Origin: the human T2T-CHM13v2.0 reference genome, Homo sapiens
Reading direction: 5' to 3' (one strand)
Assembly (NCBI RefSeq): GCF_009914755.1
Contig: NC_060935.1
Length of the DNA stretch: 64,000 nucleotides
Part shown: positions 1 to 18,020 of the stretch, piece by piece
Layout: each line of letters begins with the position of its first letter
Numbering within the stretch: the stretch's first letter is position 1
Position numbers and translations under genes: made by a program
The notes under the pieces: generated by a model
What the model was told of the DNA's origin: nothing
Database searches by the model: none
The model's input: only the letters and a program-made list of their open reading frames with translations

Positions 1-254
1 TTAAAGGGAACATTGCTTTTCAGCAGAGAAGAATGAGAAATTTAAGCCTCAAAACTAAAATAGAACACATTTAGCCCTCTACTAAACAGAACATGCCCTT
101 AATCATGATAATTTCCAGTGAACACTTTTAGGATGGGTGAGTACAGCTTTAGGACAATAAACAGTGGCTAACTAGGCACCTGGTGATTCACACTGATTCA
201 CAGACTTAAATTGATATGTGCAGGTTAAAATTAAGTTGTCCCACCTTGACTAGC

Positions 255-2080
255 TCAAGCCATCTTGAGCAAAAAGAAAAAAACCTGGCTAGCATCACAC
301 AATTTGATTTCAAAATCCACTACAAAGCAATAGTAATGGAAACAGCATGGTACTGGCATAGATAACAAACACATAAACCAATAGAACAGAATACGGAGCC
401 CCCATATAAATCCACAATCAACTGATCTTCATCAAAGTTGCCAAGAACACACAAAGAGAAAAGGACAGTCTCTTCAATAAATGGTGTTGAAAAAACATGT
501 GGAGAAGAATGAAATTAGACCCTTATCTCACTCTATACACATGAAAAAAAACTTACTTAAAAGGGTTAAAGACTTAAATATAAGACCTTAAACTATAAAA
601 ATACTAAAAGAAAACACAGGGGAAAACACAATGATATCACTTTAGGCAATAATTTTCTGACTATATCCCCCAAAACACAGACAACAGAAGCAAAAAATAG
701 ACAAATGGGATTGTATCCAATGACCAAGCTCTGCATAGCAAAAGAATCAGAGTAAAGAGGCAAGCTATAGAATGAGAGAAAATATTTGCAAACCATGTAT
801 CTGAAAATGGGTTAATATCATAAATATACAAGGAATTTAACTAAATAGCATGAAAACAAATAACTTGATTTAAAAATGGGCAAAGAAACTTAATAGATTT
901 TTTTAAAGAAGACATACACATGGTCAACAGATATATTTTTGAAAGTTCAATGTCATTAATCATCAGAGAAACACAAATAAAAACCACAATGAGATATCAC
1001 CTCACACCTGTTATAGTGGCTATTATTTAAAGGGGTGAATGTCTGGACATGGTGGCCCAGGCCTGTAATCCCAGCTACTCCAGAGGCTGAAGCAGGAGAA
1101 TAGCTTGAACCTGGGAGGCAGAGGTTGCAGTAAGCCGAGATCACACCACTGCACAGCACTGCACTTCAGCCTGGATGACAGAGTTAGACCCTGTCTAAAA
1201 AAAGAAAAGAAAGACAAAAAAAGAATGAAAGATAACAAGAGTTGGCGAGGATATGGAGAAAAGGAAACTCATTGTTGGTGACAGTATAAATTACTACAGC
1301 CATTATGTAAAACAGTATAAAGTTTCTTAAAAAATTAGTGATAAAATTATCCTATGATCCAGCTATTCCACTTCTGGGTATTACCAAAATACCCAGAAAT
1401 GTTGGTCAAAGGATACAAAAGATTTGACATTAGTGTGTTGAAAAGATATCTGCACTCCTATGTTCACTGAAGCATTATTTTCACTAGCCAAGCTATGGAC
1501 TCAACTTCATTGCTCATCAGTGAATGAATGAAAAAAGAAAATGTGGTACGTGCAAAATGAACTACTTAGTCAGATACAACAACAACAATAACAACAAAGC
1601 TGTCATTTCTGACAACATGGATGTACCTGGAGGATATTATGCTGAGTAAAATAAACCACACATAGAAAGACAAATACTGCCTGATCTCACTTATATAGGA
1701 AATCTAAAGTAGTCAAATTCATAAAAAAAGAGGGTAGAATAGTGGTTACCTAGGGGCCAGGACCATTGGGAGGTCCTGGAATAGAGGCAGCTTGGAAAAA
1801 AATGTTGGTCAAAGGATAAAAGCTTTCAGTTAAAGAGAAAGAATAAATTCAACAGCTTAATTGTATAATTAATTAGTGAATATAATTAATAATGGTGTAT
1901 TATATACTTGAAAATTGCTGAGTGTAGGTTTTAAGTGTTCTCACCACAAAAAAAGATAATCATTTGAGGCAATGCATATGTTAATTGCTTGATTTAGCCA
2001 TTCTGCAATGTATACACGTATCAAGGCACCATGTTATACACCCTATATATTTACAATTTTTGTCAATTTAAAAATATTTT
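255..2080 (+). mobile_element. L1MA-type LINE, 3' ORF2 and 3'UTR
   Basis: actacaaagcaatagtaa...acagcatggtactggcata; ctcttcaataaatggtg; L1M 3'UTR gatttagccattc... Confidence 0.9.
1041..1222 (+). mobile_element. Alu right monomer (5'-truncated or FRAM-like) inside L1
   Basis: cctgtaatcccagctact...gagatcacaccactgcac...A-rich tail. Confidence 0.9.
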
Positions 2081-2084
2081 TACA

Positions 2085-2345
2085 TAGTCAATGAAAGATA
2101 TTTTATAATACGTTGCTATATAAAAGGCAGGGATCTAGAAGTCTTCAGTAGTTGTCTAAAGATTTAGAAAGATAGAAGTTGATCCAAATTTGCAATACAC
2201 ATTTCAGTAGCTCAAAGGGAAAAGAGAAACAATAATATTGAACTACAGCATAGTGTTATTGTTTCCTGTCTTAAAATATAGTCTTCTCTAATTCTAAGGT
2301 TTGCTTTAGATATTGCAGCTATATGGTACTTCAGAATGATTGAGA
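2085..2345 (-). pseudogene. Possible PLAT repeat remnant, apparently continuing at <250 beyond the L1
   Basis: LKYHIAAIS; CIANLDQLLSF*I; QRIIK; and at 240-1 TYQF...HPKSVHWKLS. Confidence 0.35.
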
Positions 2346-2753
2346 ATTAATTGAGGATGAGTATGACTCTTAGAGGAGGAAAAGCAGGAGTTAGAATGAA
2401 ACAAGTTTTTAAATATTTTTCTCTGTGTGTCAGCTACATTAACGGGCATTAAATAATGGTGTTGATGATGGGTGATAATTAACAGGAAGATGAGGATGAT
2501 ACTGATGATGATTATAATAGTAATAATAGGCATTGCTTATGGTGTTCTTATTTGTACCAGATACTGTGCTAGAAACTATAGATGGACTTTATTCCAATAT
2601 AATAATCTCACATCAAGGAGGATCTACATTAATATAGAGAGGTACCAACATTTACTAAATGCATTCTATGTTCTAAGGATTGTTCTAGGTACATTAAATG
2701 CTTTACCTCTTTTAATTCTGGCAATAATTTTGAGAGCTACCTACTAATGCTCC

Positions 2754-2895
2754 GTGTGTATATATATATGTGTAGGTAAACATAAAATGTTTTATATATA
2801 TGTATCTGTGTATACATATATATGTTTATGTATATGTGTATATATAGTTATGTATGTATATGTGTATATATATTATAGTTATATATATATATATG
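2754..2895. repeat. (TA)n/(TATG)n low-complexity tract
   Basis: Direct inspection. Confidence 0.9.
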
Positions 2896-3004
2896 CACAC
2901 AACTGGGTTTCACATTGAATAAAAAAATAGTATATATGATTGAAAAGCTTGGCTTTTTACTGAGAAAGGTTGGTAAAAAAATTAATAAAAAATGTTCACA
3001 ATCA

Positions 3005-4021
3005 GAGTTGTCCAGAAGCAATCTGTTTTCACTCTCCCCAACAGAAAACTAAAAACAACTATTAGGTGACAAGACTGTTACCACCAATATCCCAGAACTC
3101 AAAGCTGAGGCTATGACAAAACATGGGCAACAGAGAAATGAAAAACTGTGAGGAGGAGGAAGGAGAAGTGATTTATCTATCCTCAATGCCCTTTTCCCAA
3201 ACTTTCAGGTGCAATGCCCCTCCTCCAAACTTTTAGTGGAAAATTCCCTGAGCTCACAGTTTCTACACTAGAAAAAGTGAGATTGAGGCAGCCAGCCCCC
3301 ATTATCTTTGGTTTCTATGCAGGAAAGCTGCTCCTGTCTCAACCCACAGACAGCGTTGCAAGTGCCTGTAAGGAGAGGGATTCCTGAGGGCAGCTGGAGA
3401 CAGATAGTGAAGGTAGAGCTAAAAGCCTCAGCACACAAAACTCTAGGGCTAATTTCCCTCTTAGACAAAAATTACCAAATCAGAGAGATGGTTCAGCAGC
3501 ACCATGCTGTAAGAAGTGTATTCCACAAGCCCTTTGGGCATTGTGGCCAGCCTCCCCACAAAAACTGGGAATCCCACTTGGAACCCTTCCATCAGGGCAG
3601 CACTTTGATATAGTGTGAGAGCAACAGCAAACCTGGACTTAGGTCACCATCTAGTACAACAAAAGAGGCAGCAATTGAGGACTAAGGAAATCACCAGGAA
3701 AACTGCACAGAACTTCTAAACACATATGCACTAGAGAAAACAAGCCAACCCAGAGAACAATGACTGGAATAAATAATCCTTCAATGTGAAGACATAGATA
3801 AATATTCAGAACAGCAATATTAAGGAAACTCATCAATGCCAAGATTACACAAAAAAAGATTCAGAAATTTGTCAGAAAAAATTAACAGATATTAAAATAT
3901 TAATAAAAATTTAAAAATAAACAGAAAAAATTTAACTAAGAAATACATTGAGCTGAAAAGTAAATCAGAGATCCTCAATAGCAGACTTGATCAAACAGAA
4001 GAAAGATTTGGTGAGCTCTAA
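3005..4021 (+). mobile_element. Old L1 5' region and ORF1 start
   Basis: ORF1-like caatagcagacttgatcaaacagaagaaaga...gtgagct. Confidence 0.75.
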
Positions 4022-4337
4022 TGATAGGGACAGGAGGCAGGGAAACTCTGGGCAGAAGAAGGCAGGTCCCCAGGGGAGGACCCTACCCTTAAACCGAAAA
4101 GCCTAATATCAAGGCCTACATGAGATCATACATCACTGTTTTCCCACTTGAATGCTGCCTTTTCCAAAACCACACATGGCCCACTGTGGCCCCCATCCTG
4201 CGCTCATAAAAACTGTAGAACTCAGCCGGCAGAGAGAAGAAGCAGCTGGACGTTGGAAACCACGGTTGGACGTCAGAGAGAAGCAGTTTGACATCAGAGG
4301 GACAGCTTGATGGTGTAGCTTCAGAGAAGAGTCCGGC
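4022..4337 (+). mobile_element. ERV1 solo LTR (LTR1/LTR27/LTR28 group), 5' half
   Basis: Starts TGATAGGGACAGGAGGCAGGGAAA; left TSD ctaa at 4018-4021. Confidence 0.85.
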
Positions 4338-5669
4338 TAGTTTCCATTTGCATGAAATAACTTTTTTCGTCTTCTCACTTTTAGTCTATATTTGTCTTTT
4401 TAGGTGAAGTGAGTTTCTTAGAGGCAGCATATTGTTGTGTATTTTTAAAAATATTCAGCCACTCTATGTCTTTCAATGGAATAATTTTGTCCATTTGAAT
4501 GTAAATTCAATGTTCTCATTCATAGCTAAGACTTACAACTGTAGTTTTGTTACTTTTTTCTAGTTGTTTTGTGAATTCTCTCCTCTTTTCTTCCTTTCTT
4601 TTTCTCTTCCTTTGTGGTTAAGTGATTTTCTTTGGTAGTATGTTTTCATTTGTTGCTTTTTATTTTTAGTGTATCTATTATAGCTTTTTGCTATGTGGTT
4701 GACTTGAGTTTTACAAAAAACATCTCACAGTTATAAGAATTTACTTTGAATAGATTACAACTAAACTTTGATCACAAAGAAAAAAAGAAGCAAACAAATA
4801 ACAAACTAAAAAATTCCACACTTTTTCTCCCAGACACATTTTGACTTTTTGTTGTCTCAATTTACATTGTTTATATTGCCTATCTCTTAGCAAATTGGTA
4901 TAGTTATTATTTTTATATATTTTCTTTATTGTATTTATACTAGAATTATGAGTCGTTTATATACCACAATTACAGTATTAGAGTACCCTGAATTTTTCTG
5001 TGTACTTATTTCAACTAGTGAGTTTTTTTATCTTCAAGTGAATTTTTTTGCAGCATGCTAACATCATTTTCATTCACATTGAAGCACTCCCTTTAGCATT
5101 TCTTATAAAACAAGTCTGGTGGTGAGGAATTCCCTCAGATTTTTGTTTGTTTGTTTGTGTTTTCTGGAAATGTCTTCATCTCTCCTTCATGTTTGGAAGA
5201 TAGCTTTTCTGTGTACTCTGTTATGTGTTGGCAGCTTTTTTTCTTTCAGCACTTAGAATGTCATCCCAATTTCTCCTGGCCTGTGTGGTTTCTGCTGAGA
5301 ATTCAGTTGCCAGATGTATCAGAGCTCCTTTATGTGTCATTTACTTCTTGACTCTTGCTGTCTGAGGATCCTCTCTTTGCCTTTGACCTTTGAGAGTTTG
5401 AACATTATATGCCTTGGGGTAGTCTTATTTATGTTGAATCTGTTTGATGATCTTTGATCTTTCTATACCTCTACATTTATATCTTTCTCTAGGTTTGGAA
5501 TGTTTTCTGTTACTTCTTTGAATAAGCTTTTTACCTCTTACTCTTTCTCAACTTTTTCTTGAAGGCCTATAACTCATATTTGCTCTGTTGAGGTTATTTG
5601 CTAGATTTTACAATGTTCTTCATTTTTTTTTCTTTCTTCATCTTATTGTTTTCAAACAACCTATCTTAG
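4338..5669 (-). mobile_element. L1 ORF1-to-ORF2 endonuclease segment, inverted
   Basis: Reverse complement reads ORF1 (from aagataggttgtttgaaaa) through to EN ...catgcaaatggaaac. Confidence 0.9.
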
Positions 5670-6154
5670 TGAAGCAGGATATTTCCCTGACCCCTTCATG
5701 GGCAGGAACTAGAGTGCACGGGTGTTGGCAGGAGGAAACTTCCCCAACTCGCTGCTCCACCCCTGGTGGGAGGGGGAGCACAGGTTAGCAGGTACAGGAG
5801 CTGGGGCGAGCACTTTTGGGTGCCCACAAGAGCAAGCTCTGTACTGAAACTGTAGCAGTGTTTGGGGGAGTGTGCCCATGACCCCTGAAGCCCCAGAGTA
5901 AGTGTTACAGTGCCCTTTTAGCTTTGTTGTCCATGGGCGGCTTAAGTGTTAATAGCTCAGTGGAGGGTCAGTGTGACAACTTTTTGCACCCATTCTTGTG
6001 GCACCCAAGTTCTTGTCTAGAGTCCAGGAGGAATGAGGTCACATGAATGACTTGAAGATGGTAAATATACAGGATTTTATTGCCGGTGAAAGTGACTCTC
6101 AGTGGGAAGGGGAACTGAAAAGGGGATGGAGGGGGAAGGTAATCTTCCCCTGGA
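5670..6154 (-). mobile_element. 3' half of the same ERV1 LTR, inverted
   Basis: Reverse complement runs tccaggggaagattaccttcc...gggaaatatcctgcttCA, followed by TSD ctaa. Confidence 0.85.
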
Positions 6155-6160
6155 AGATGT

Positions 6161-9429
<3,269 letters not shown>

Positions 9430-9430
<1 letters not shown>

Positions 9431-9637
9431 GTATATACCCAAAGGCTTATAAATCATTCTATTACAAAGACACATGGACACATATGTTTACTGCGGCACT
9501 ATTAATAATAGCAAAGACTTGGAATCAACCCAAATGCCCATCAATGATAGACTTGATAAAGAAAATGTGATACATATATACTATGGAATAGTACGCAGTC
9601 ATAAAAGAAGGACGAGTCATGTCCTTTGCAGGGACAT
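9430..9637 (+). mobile_element. L1PA-type 3' fragment
   Basis: ggtatatacccaaagg..tataaatcattcta...catgtcctttgcagggacat. Confidence 0.8.
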
Positions 9638-9769
9638 CAATCATTATGCATAAGCAAAAAAATTCTACAACTATTAGGACCTTAGATTATTTAAATAAAT
9701 AAATATATATATGATGAAGATATATATATATTATATATATGATGAAGATATTTGTATTATATATATGAT

Positions 9770-10175
9770 GTCCGTAATACTCAGAATAACTATCTGTGTA
9801 AAGTAATTGAGATACAACATTCTGGAAAGAAGATCAGATTGATATCAGAGACAGAAAGTTAATATTACCAATGACACAGTAAATAAGTGGGTCTTTACAT
9901 GTGATATATTAAAGGTTTTATTACTGTAAGTAGTAGGTAGAAATTGATAAATATAATGTGAAGGGGTATTTTTTGTTTGTTTGAAAATCTGGAACACTGG
10001 CAACACATATTTACCAGACAGATAAGTAGGTAAAAAGCCTGGACACTGGAGAAATGCTGACTCAAGGCTCCATTATCTTTGGTATGATGACCTTAATATT
10101 TTGTAAACTGAAATGGGAACAACTGTGTCATGATGTGCACGGTAGTCTCTTATGAACAACTACGGGATGAAAGAC
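9770..10175 (-). pseudogene. PLAT repeat exon remnant
   Basis: Strong acceptor ttcacttccttcacatctcttccAG; DY-VHIMT, NIKVII-KDNG, DFQTNKKYPFTLYL. Confidence 0.55.
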
Positions 10176-10324
10176 CTGGAAGAGATGTGAAGGAAGTGAA
10201 AGACATTTTGATTATGCATCAATATATGTGAATGCATTTACTTATAAACAGTTAAACTTTTTGTACACTAAGATTATGTATGAAGAGACAAAATAGTGCA
10301 AACATTTAGAGTGTTATCTCTGGG

Positions 10325-10545
10325 TCCAGTGTATGGAGGTTTGAAGCTTGGGTTCTCTACTATACCTTGGAAAAGTTAAATAAACTCTGTGGCTTGGTTT
10401 TCTTACTTTTAAAATGGAGATTAAAAATATGTCTCACCTGCACACTTAATATGAGCATAAATTAACTATATAGGTAAAGCACCTGGAATAATATGTATTG
10501 CCTAGTGAACACCTAACACCTAACGAATGCTAGCTATTATTATTT
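10325..10545 (+). mobile_element. MIR
   Basis: Core ...ttttcttacttttaaaatggagatt...gtaaagcacctggaa...tagctattatt. Confidence 0.7.
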
Positions 10546-11173
10546 TAATTATCATTTCTGTTATGAATCACTCAAAATGAAAGTTAAAAATGTAACATAA
10601 AATGTATACACTAAAATTCTATGATATATTTTCTTCGTGTAACCCAGTTTATCACGTTAAGAAACCCTTGGATATATGCACCTATGTTGAATAGCTGCTA
10701 TTCTATGGCATGTAGTCAGAACATCCAGGTGCTTGTAAGGATTTAGTAAGGGTAGGGCCTTGTACCAAAGCTTCATGGTCAACACTCTAGTTAGAAAGAA
10801 ACTTTATGCTTTACTAAGTTATCTCAGCCTTGCAGAGGCTAGGTAGTTTAAACAATAATTACCAGAACTATGTGATATTATCCTGGAAGCACTAGGCAAA
10901 TGAACCAGAATAAATAAGGGATGAAAGAACTATTGACAAAAATGAAACAAAATTATCATTATTTACTGATGTTAAGTCAATATGTTTGGATATCTGACTC
11001 AGCTGAAAGGCTGAGAGAAAACAAAAATCTTCTGAAGACTACTGATAGAGCAGAATATAATACAAGTATCTGAAATTTTACTTTATAACAGCAACAAGTT
11101 AGAAAACAAAATGCACAAAGAGAGCTCAATTCACAAAAACAACAAATACTTAATTTTAAGAAATTCATATTTC

Positions 11174-11633
<460 letters not shown>

Positions 11634-12044
11634 TTAATCCTATTTGAAAATCTAATAGTTAAAACACTTTGAACCTGATAAAAATATATGAGTGGTACTT
11701 GTACAGTTAAGTATAACAAATAGTAGGAAATTTGAGAGAAACAAAAGTAGCAGGAGAGTCTTTCCTCTACCAGAGTATAAACATTTTATGAAGGTACAGC
11801 AATTTAGACAATGTTGTAATTATGCATGAAGAGACAGCTTAAAGCAGTAGAATAGATAGTTCAGAGATATACCCAGCATGTATAGCAATTTAGTATTATA
11901 GAGAAAGAAGTGATTTTTGGTCAGCGTAGGATAAGATCAAATATATTTATTTCTTTCCAATGTAAAAATTAAAGAAGTATTTTTTGTTCAGTAGAGGGTT
12001 TTGTTCCATGCTCTGTCATATTGCGATATTCTTGTATTTTTGGT

Positions 12045-12233
12045 CACTGATCCTCAAAGTGTAATATCAGACTAGCAGCACCAGCAGCACCAGGGGACTT
12101 GCTAGACATGCAAATATTGGCCCCCATCTCAGATTTACTGAATCAGAAACTGTAGTGTTGAGGGCCAGCATTCTGTTTGTTTTAACATGCTCTCCCAGTT
12201 GATTCTGATGTGTGATAAAGTTTGACAGTCACT
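12045..12233. mobile_element. MER5A (hAT-Charlie MITE)
   Basis: ctcaaagtg...ttactgaatcagaaact...gattctgatg...aagtttga. Confidence 0.8.
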
Positions 12234-12309
12234 AGCCTAGGGGATGGTTACCAACTTCATTTGGCCATGAAAGAGCATAGATATTGTACCATCTGGGAGT
12301 CATGGTTAT

Positions 12310-12758
12310 TGTAATGGATTGAATAGTCTTCTTTAAAAAGTCACCACCTGGAACAACCTCAGAATGTAACCTTGTTTGAAAGGGAATTTTTCAGAAGCAG
12401 TTTGTTAAATATCTGTAAATGAAATTACCCTAGATTTAAGGTGGGTCCTAAATCCTATGACTAGCTTCCTTATAAGAAGAGGAGAGAACAAAAGAGACAT
12501 ATGGAGAATAATGTCATGTAAAGAGGGAGGCAGAGATTGGAGTTATGCATCTATAAGCCAAGGAACTCCAAGAATTGCTAGGAGCCACCACAAACTAGGA
12601 AAAAGCAAGAAAATATTATTCTCTGAAGCCTTCAGAGGAAGCATGGTGCTGCCATTGCTTTGATTCTATCCTCCATCTCGGTGAAAGAAGAAATTTCTGT
12701 TGTTATAAGCCACCAAGTTTGAGGTAACTTGTTATAGCAGCCTTTGTAAACTAATACT
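12310..12758 (+). mobile_element. MLT1 (B/C-like) MaLR LTR
   Basis: gggtcctaaatcc, ggcagagattggagt, ttgttatagcagcc...aaactaatac. Confidence 0.85.
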
Positions 12759-13519
12759 GTGATTAAGCACTCTCATAATGCATTATGTATTATATAATAT
12801 TAGGTAATGGCATACATTACTTTGGCTTAAATACCATTTGCAAGTACTCAGTCACATGGTTTCTCCTAACCGCAAGGGGAAACTAAGAAGTACAGTCTGG
12901 CTATGTCCCCAGAATGAGGAGAAGAACATAATTTTTGCAGGACATTTACCAATCTCTAACAAAAATACTTCAAGTTATTGAAAAAGCAATGTGAATCAAT
13001 AAATAATGTTGAAAGAACTGATTTGCTATTTAAAGTAATTACTGTAATGATAACTAGCACTTCAGAAGGGCCTAGAACAATATATGCCTGATTAACAAAA
13101 ATGGAAAAGACTGAGTAAAACTGGCATTTGTGAGAGTTAGGTAAAAAAGAATGTTTCACCCTATCTTGGCAGAAGTGAAAATATAACACTTCAGGTGAAA
13201 AGGCTGGCAATATACACCAAAATGCACAATATTATATTAATTCTCTGAGAAATTCAAATAATTTTTAAGTGTAAGGAAATTAAATATAGATATGCTCTTT
13301 AATTAGGAGAGATAATTAATCAAATTATGACATATAAATTTAATTCTCTAATATTAACATCATGTTAGGAATATTTATAGAAAAGGAAAAGCTGCTTACA
13401 ACATACTGGTGTTTGAAAGCAGTAGCATACCTGGCATTATTCTGCCTATGTAAATATTTACTATGTTTTCATATCTTTTTGTTTATATACCTGCCCATTT
13501 CTACTTATACACAAAGTGA

Positions 13520-14265
13520 AGTATTTACAAAAATATTCACCAAAATATTCCAAAGGTTCTTTCTAAGTTGGCTCATGTCAGTCGTTTCTTTTGAATTATT
13601 TTTCTGTGTTAGTCAAAGTTTTGCAAGTTTATGCAACACTTGTCCAAAAATAGCATCAATCTAGGCTGTTGGTTTACTTGTTTAAATGGCATTTGTGCTA
13701 TGCCAGAATAACTGCCCACTCGTAGATTATAAATGTGAGTTTTACTGAAGTCTACAGATTCTTTTTGGCCTTGGGCTACGTGGGGAGGCTTGGCTTGGTT
13801 GAGGCCACCTATTGAGGCTGCTAACCTGGCCATCTTAGGCTGAATTTTCTTCATCCTAATCTCTCAGAGCACAGACCAAACAAAATGAGGTTTAATGGCA
13901 GTCTCTGAGGTATTCTCATGAAAGAAAAAATTAGTATATGCTGCTCAAACATAGTATGCCAAAGACAGCCAAGAAAGAGTTTTTACTTGTTGGAAACTTT
14001 TTTTCAGGAGTAAATTGAAGAAAACACCTTGGTAGAAAATAAGTATATGGAGATATTGAAAAAATCTCATTTCAGATACCCCAAAAAGATCAATATCCAA
14101 CCCAAAGGGATATGGTGAGGAGTTCCTGGTAAGTAAAGTTTAGAGGTTGACCCAAATGGCTGTCATCTGATAAATCAGGCATGTCTATCCATTCTGTGTT
14201 TGATGTGTCATCCTAGTGGCATATAAGCCAGGTTCAGGGTGGCTTTCTAATAATATGTACATGTG
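13520..14265 (-). pseudogene. End of one PLAT repeat and a further PLAT repeat
   Basis: Acceptor aatttgcAG; P*TWLICH*DD (cf. PCxRWLxxxEDD); TISLWVGY*SFWGI*NEIF; ORF 13609-13854 contains ESVDFSKTHIYNLRVG...LFLDKCCI. Confidence 0.7.
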
Positions 14266-14469
14266 CTGCAAATTGGAACTTCATTAATTGGCTTGATATA
14301 TTTGATGTAAAAATTTCCATGAAATTTGAAATCAATTTACATTATCACAAGAACCTTCCACTTTTTACATGTCATGAAAAAAAAGCAGAGCTGTTAGATC
14401 CTTTAAAAATAATTTCTAATGATGTAAATTTTTCAGTGGGTATAAAAAGAATGTTAAATATTTTATCAC

Positions 14470-14590
14470 CTTTCTGTTTGAGCAAAGTTTCTCCTGATGG
14501 TCACTTTCAAGAATTAGAAGAGATCATCATTAAAAACCTTCATAAGCAATATCTTGTGAATATTTCCCATATCTTCTGAATATTTCTAAC
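14470..14590 (-). pseudogene. 121-nt PLAT exon
   Basis: AG/GT bounded; YSEDMGNIHKILLMKVFNDDLF*FLKVTIRR resembles PLAT DLGxIxKI...WFLxKVxI. Confidence 0.65.
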
Positions 14591-14778
14591 CTTATATAAA
14601 AATTTTATGTGAACAAAAACACATTCCAATTTTATTTAAACATTTATCTTTTTAATTTTATAAAATATATAATTTAACATTTTCCTAATACTTTATGATT
14701 ACATTTTGATGGTAATTAATTGATATAACTTTTTTTGCAAACCCCATATGAAAGCCCCACGCCCCACATATTCTATAA

Positions 14779-16190
<1,412 letters not shown>

Positions 16191-16869
16191 ATTTCAATTA
16201 TGTTGTGAATATGTTTGAAAATAATTGCTCTAGATAAATCTTAATTGCCTATAGGCAAACCATGTTCATCAATACCAATAAAATCTTCTATGAGTATAGC
16301 TAATTTCACTAGGGTTCAGCCCTCATCTACTAATTACATAAAATGTCAGCAGTTAGTAAGACAATGTTCATCCAAGTATTTGTTGGCATCCCTTAGGTTG
16401 ATATTTTCATAGTTTATGCATCTGTCCTGACTTCTTTTTTCAATGATTTCTGTAACCTGAAGTTCTATCACTCTTTCTGTCACTAAAGCATCCTGTATTC
16501 CAAACACATCTGTGTCATATTAGATTATTTTTATTGATCTGAGCAATACCAATACTATAACCACTTGTGTTTCCTACCCCAACACAAAGATCACTGAAGA
16601 TTGTGGCAAATTTCTCATGCATGTTTTCTACCTTGAGGTGCAATAAACAAGCAATCGCCTAGGCGTCACTTAATTCAGAAGCAAGATGACTCTTTGTTGT
16701 TATTTTTAGATAAGGAAATCCCACAATCTAGCTCTCTTGGCTATTAAGTTTTAAGAAAATAATGATATAGGTATTTTGCTTATGTTTATGCTTACATGCT
16801 TTTTTTCTTTGTCCACAGGTCACAGGAGGAATGACTGGGATAAAATCAGATTCTAGCTACCATGGTATT

Positions 16870-17830
16870 AAAAATGCTTCCAAATATGTGAAATGGGGAC
16901 TAGAGGGGCCCTCCAAAATCCTTTCAAGGTCCACATAATTAAAACTATTTTTATATAATAACACTAAGAAATTGTTTGTTTACCTTTTTATTTCTTCCAT
17001 GAGTTCACAACAGAGTTTTTCAGAGCCCACATATGTGCTTGTGTATTATGTTTTAAAAATTCCTCAGTTTATATTCACAATAGCAAAGACATGGAATCAA
17101 CATAAATATCCATCAATGGTAGACTGGATAAAGAAAATCTGATACATATACACCATGGAATACTATGCAGCCATCAAAAAAGTGAGATCCTGTCCTTTGA
17201 AGGAACACAGATGGAGCTGGTGGCCATTATCCTTAGTGAACTAACACACGAACAGAAAACCAAATACAGCATGTTCTCAATTATAAGTGGGGGATAAACA
17301 CTGAGTATATTTGGACACAAAGAAGTGAACAACAGACACAGGGGCTTACTTGAGGGCAGAGGGAGAGCAGAGAATGAGAATTGAAAAACCTACCTACCAG
17401 TTACTATGCTTACTACATGGGTGATGAAATAATCTGCATGTCAGTTCACCTGTATAACAAACCTGCACATGTATCCCTGAACCTAAAATAAAAGTTTAAC
17501 AATTTCTGTTTAATTTCTGATATACTAAATCATAGAGATTGGTAAACTGGCTTTAAAAATAAATAAATAAATAAAGCCCTGATTTTTACATTTGCAACTC
17601 AATTTCCACTGTGTGAATATTCCTACCAGGATTGATTTCAAGCTACCAAGTAACATAACTGAATGTAATTTTGAGAAGAGAGGCATAGCATGATTAGGTT
17701 TTATTGGTCACTAAGTGCTGGCCCCAGAATATCACTGACTATGAATGTCATGAACTGAGAGTATCTTCACAGTACTTAATACTTTTTAAGAGTATAAAGG
17801 AATCTTAAGACCAAAAGTTTGAGAACTGCA
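16870..17830 (+). mobile_element. Charlie1-derived DNA transposon with nested insertions
   Basis: aaaactattttt..ataata..actaaga; ends ttttaagagtataaagg...agaccaaaagtttgagaac. Confidence 0.65.
17071..17500 (+). mobile_element. L1PA15/16-like 3' end
   Basis: ttcacaatagcaaagacatggaatcaa...gaacctaaaataaaagtt. Confidence 0.9.
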
Positions 17831-18020
17831 ATAGTTGTCTTATCACAGTCATCCTACCAGACTCTATCATCCCTAACACTCTCAGAGGATCCCCTACTTC
17901 TGCAACCTTCTCCACAGACTTCCAAATATACTTATATCTGTTCCCATCCCACATTTGGTTTGAAGTATTTCACTAAGTACCCATAATGAATATCCATTAA
18001 TAGGAAATGTCACAGTAGGG

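Noticed and set aside
14008-14128. Plus-strand exon candidate (ttttcAG...CTG|GTAAGT)
   Set aside because: Stops in all frames, antisense to a PLAT remnant, and no supported partner exons.
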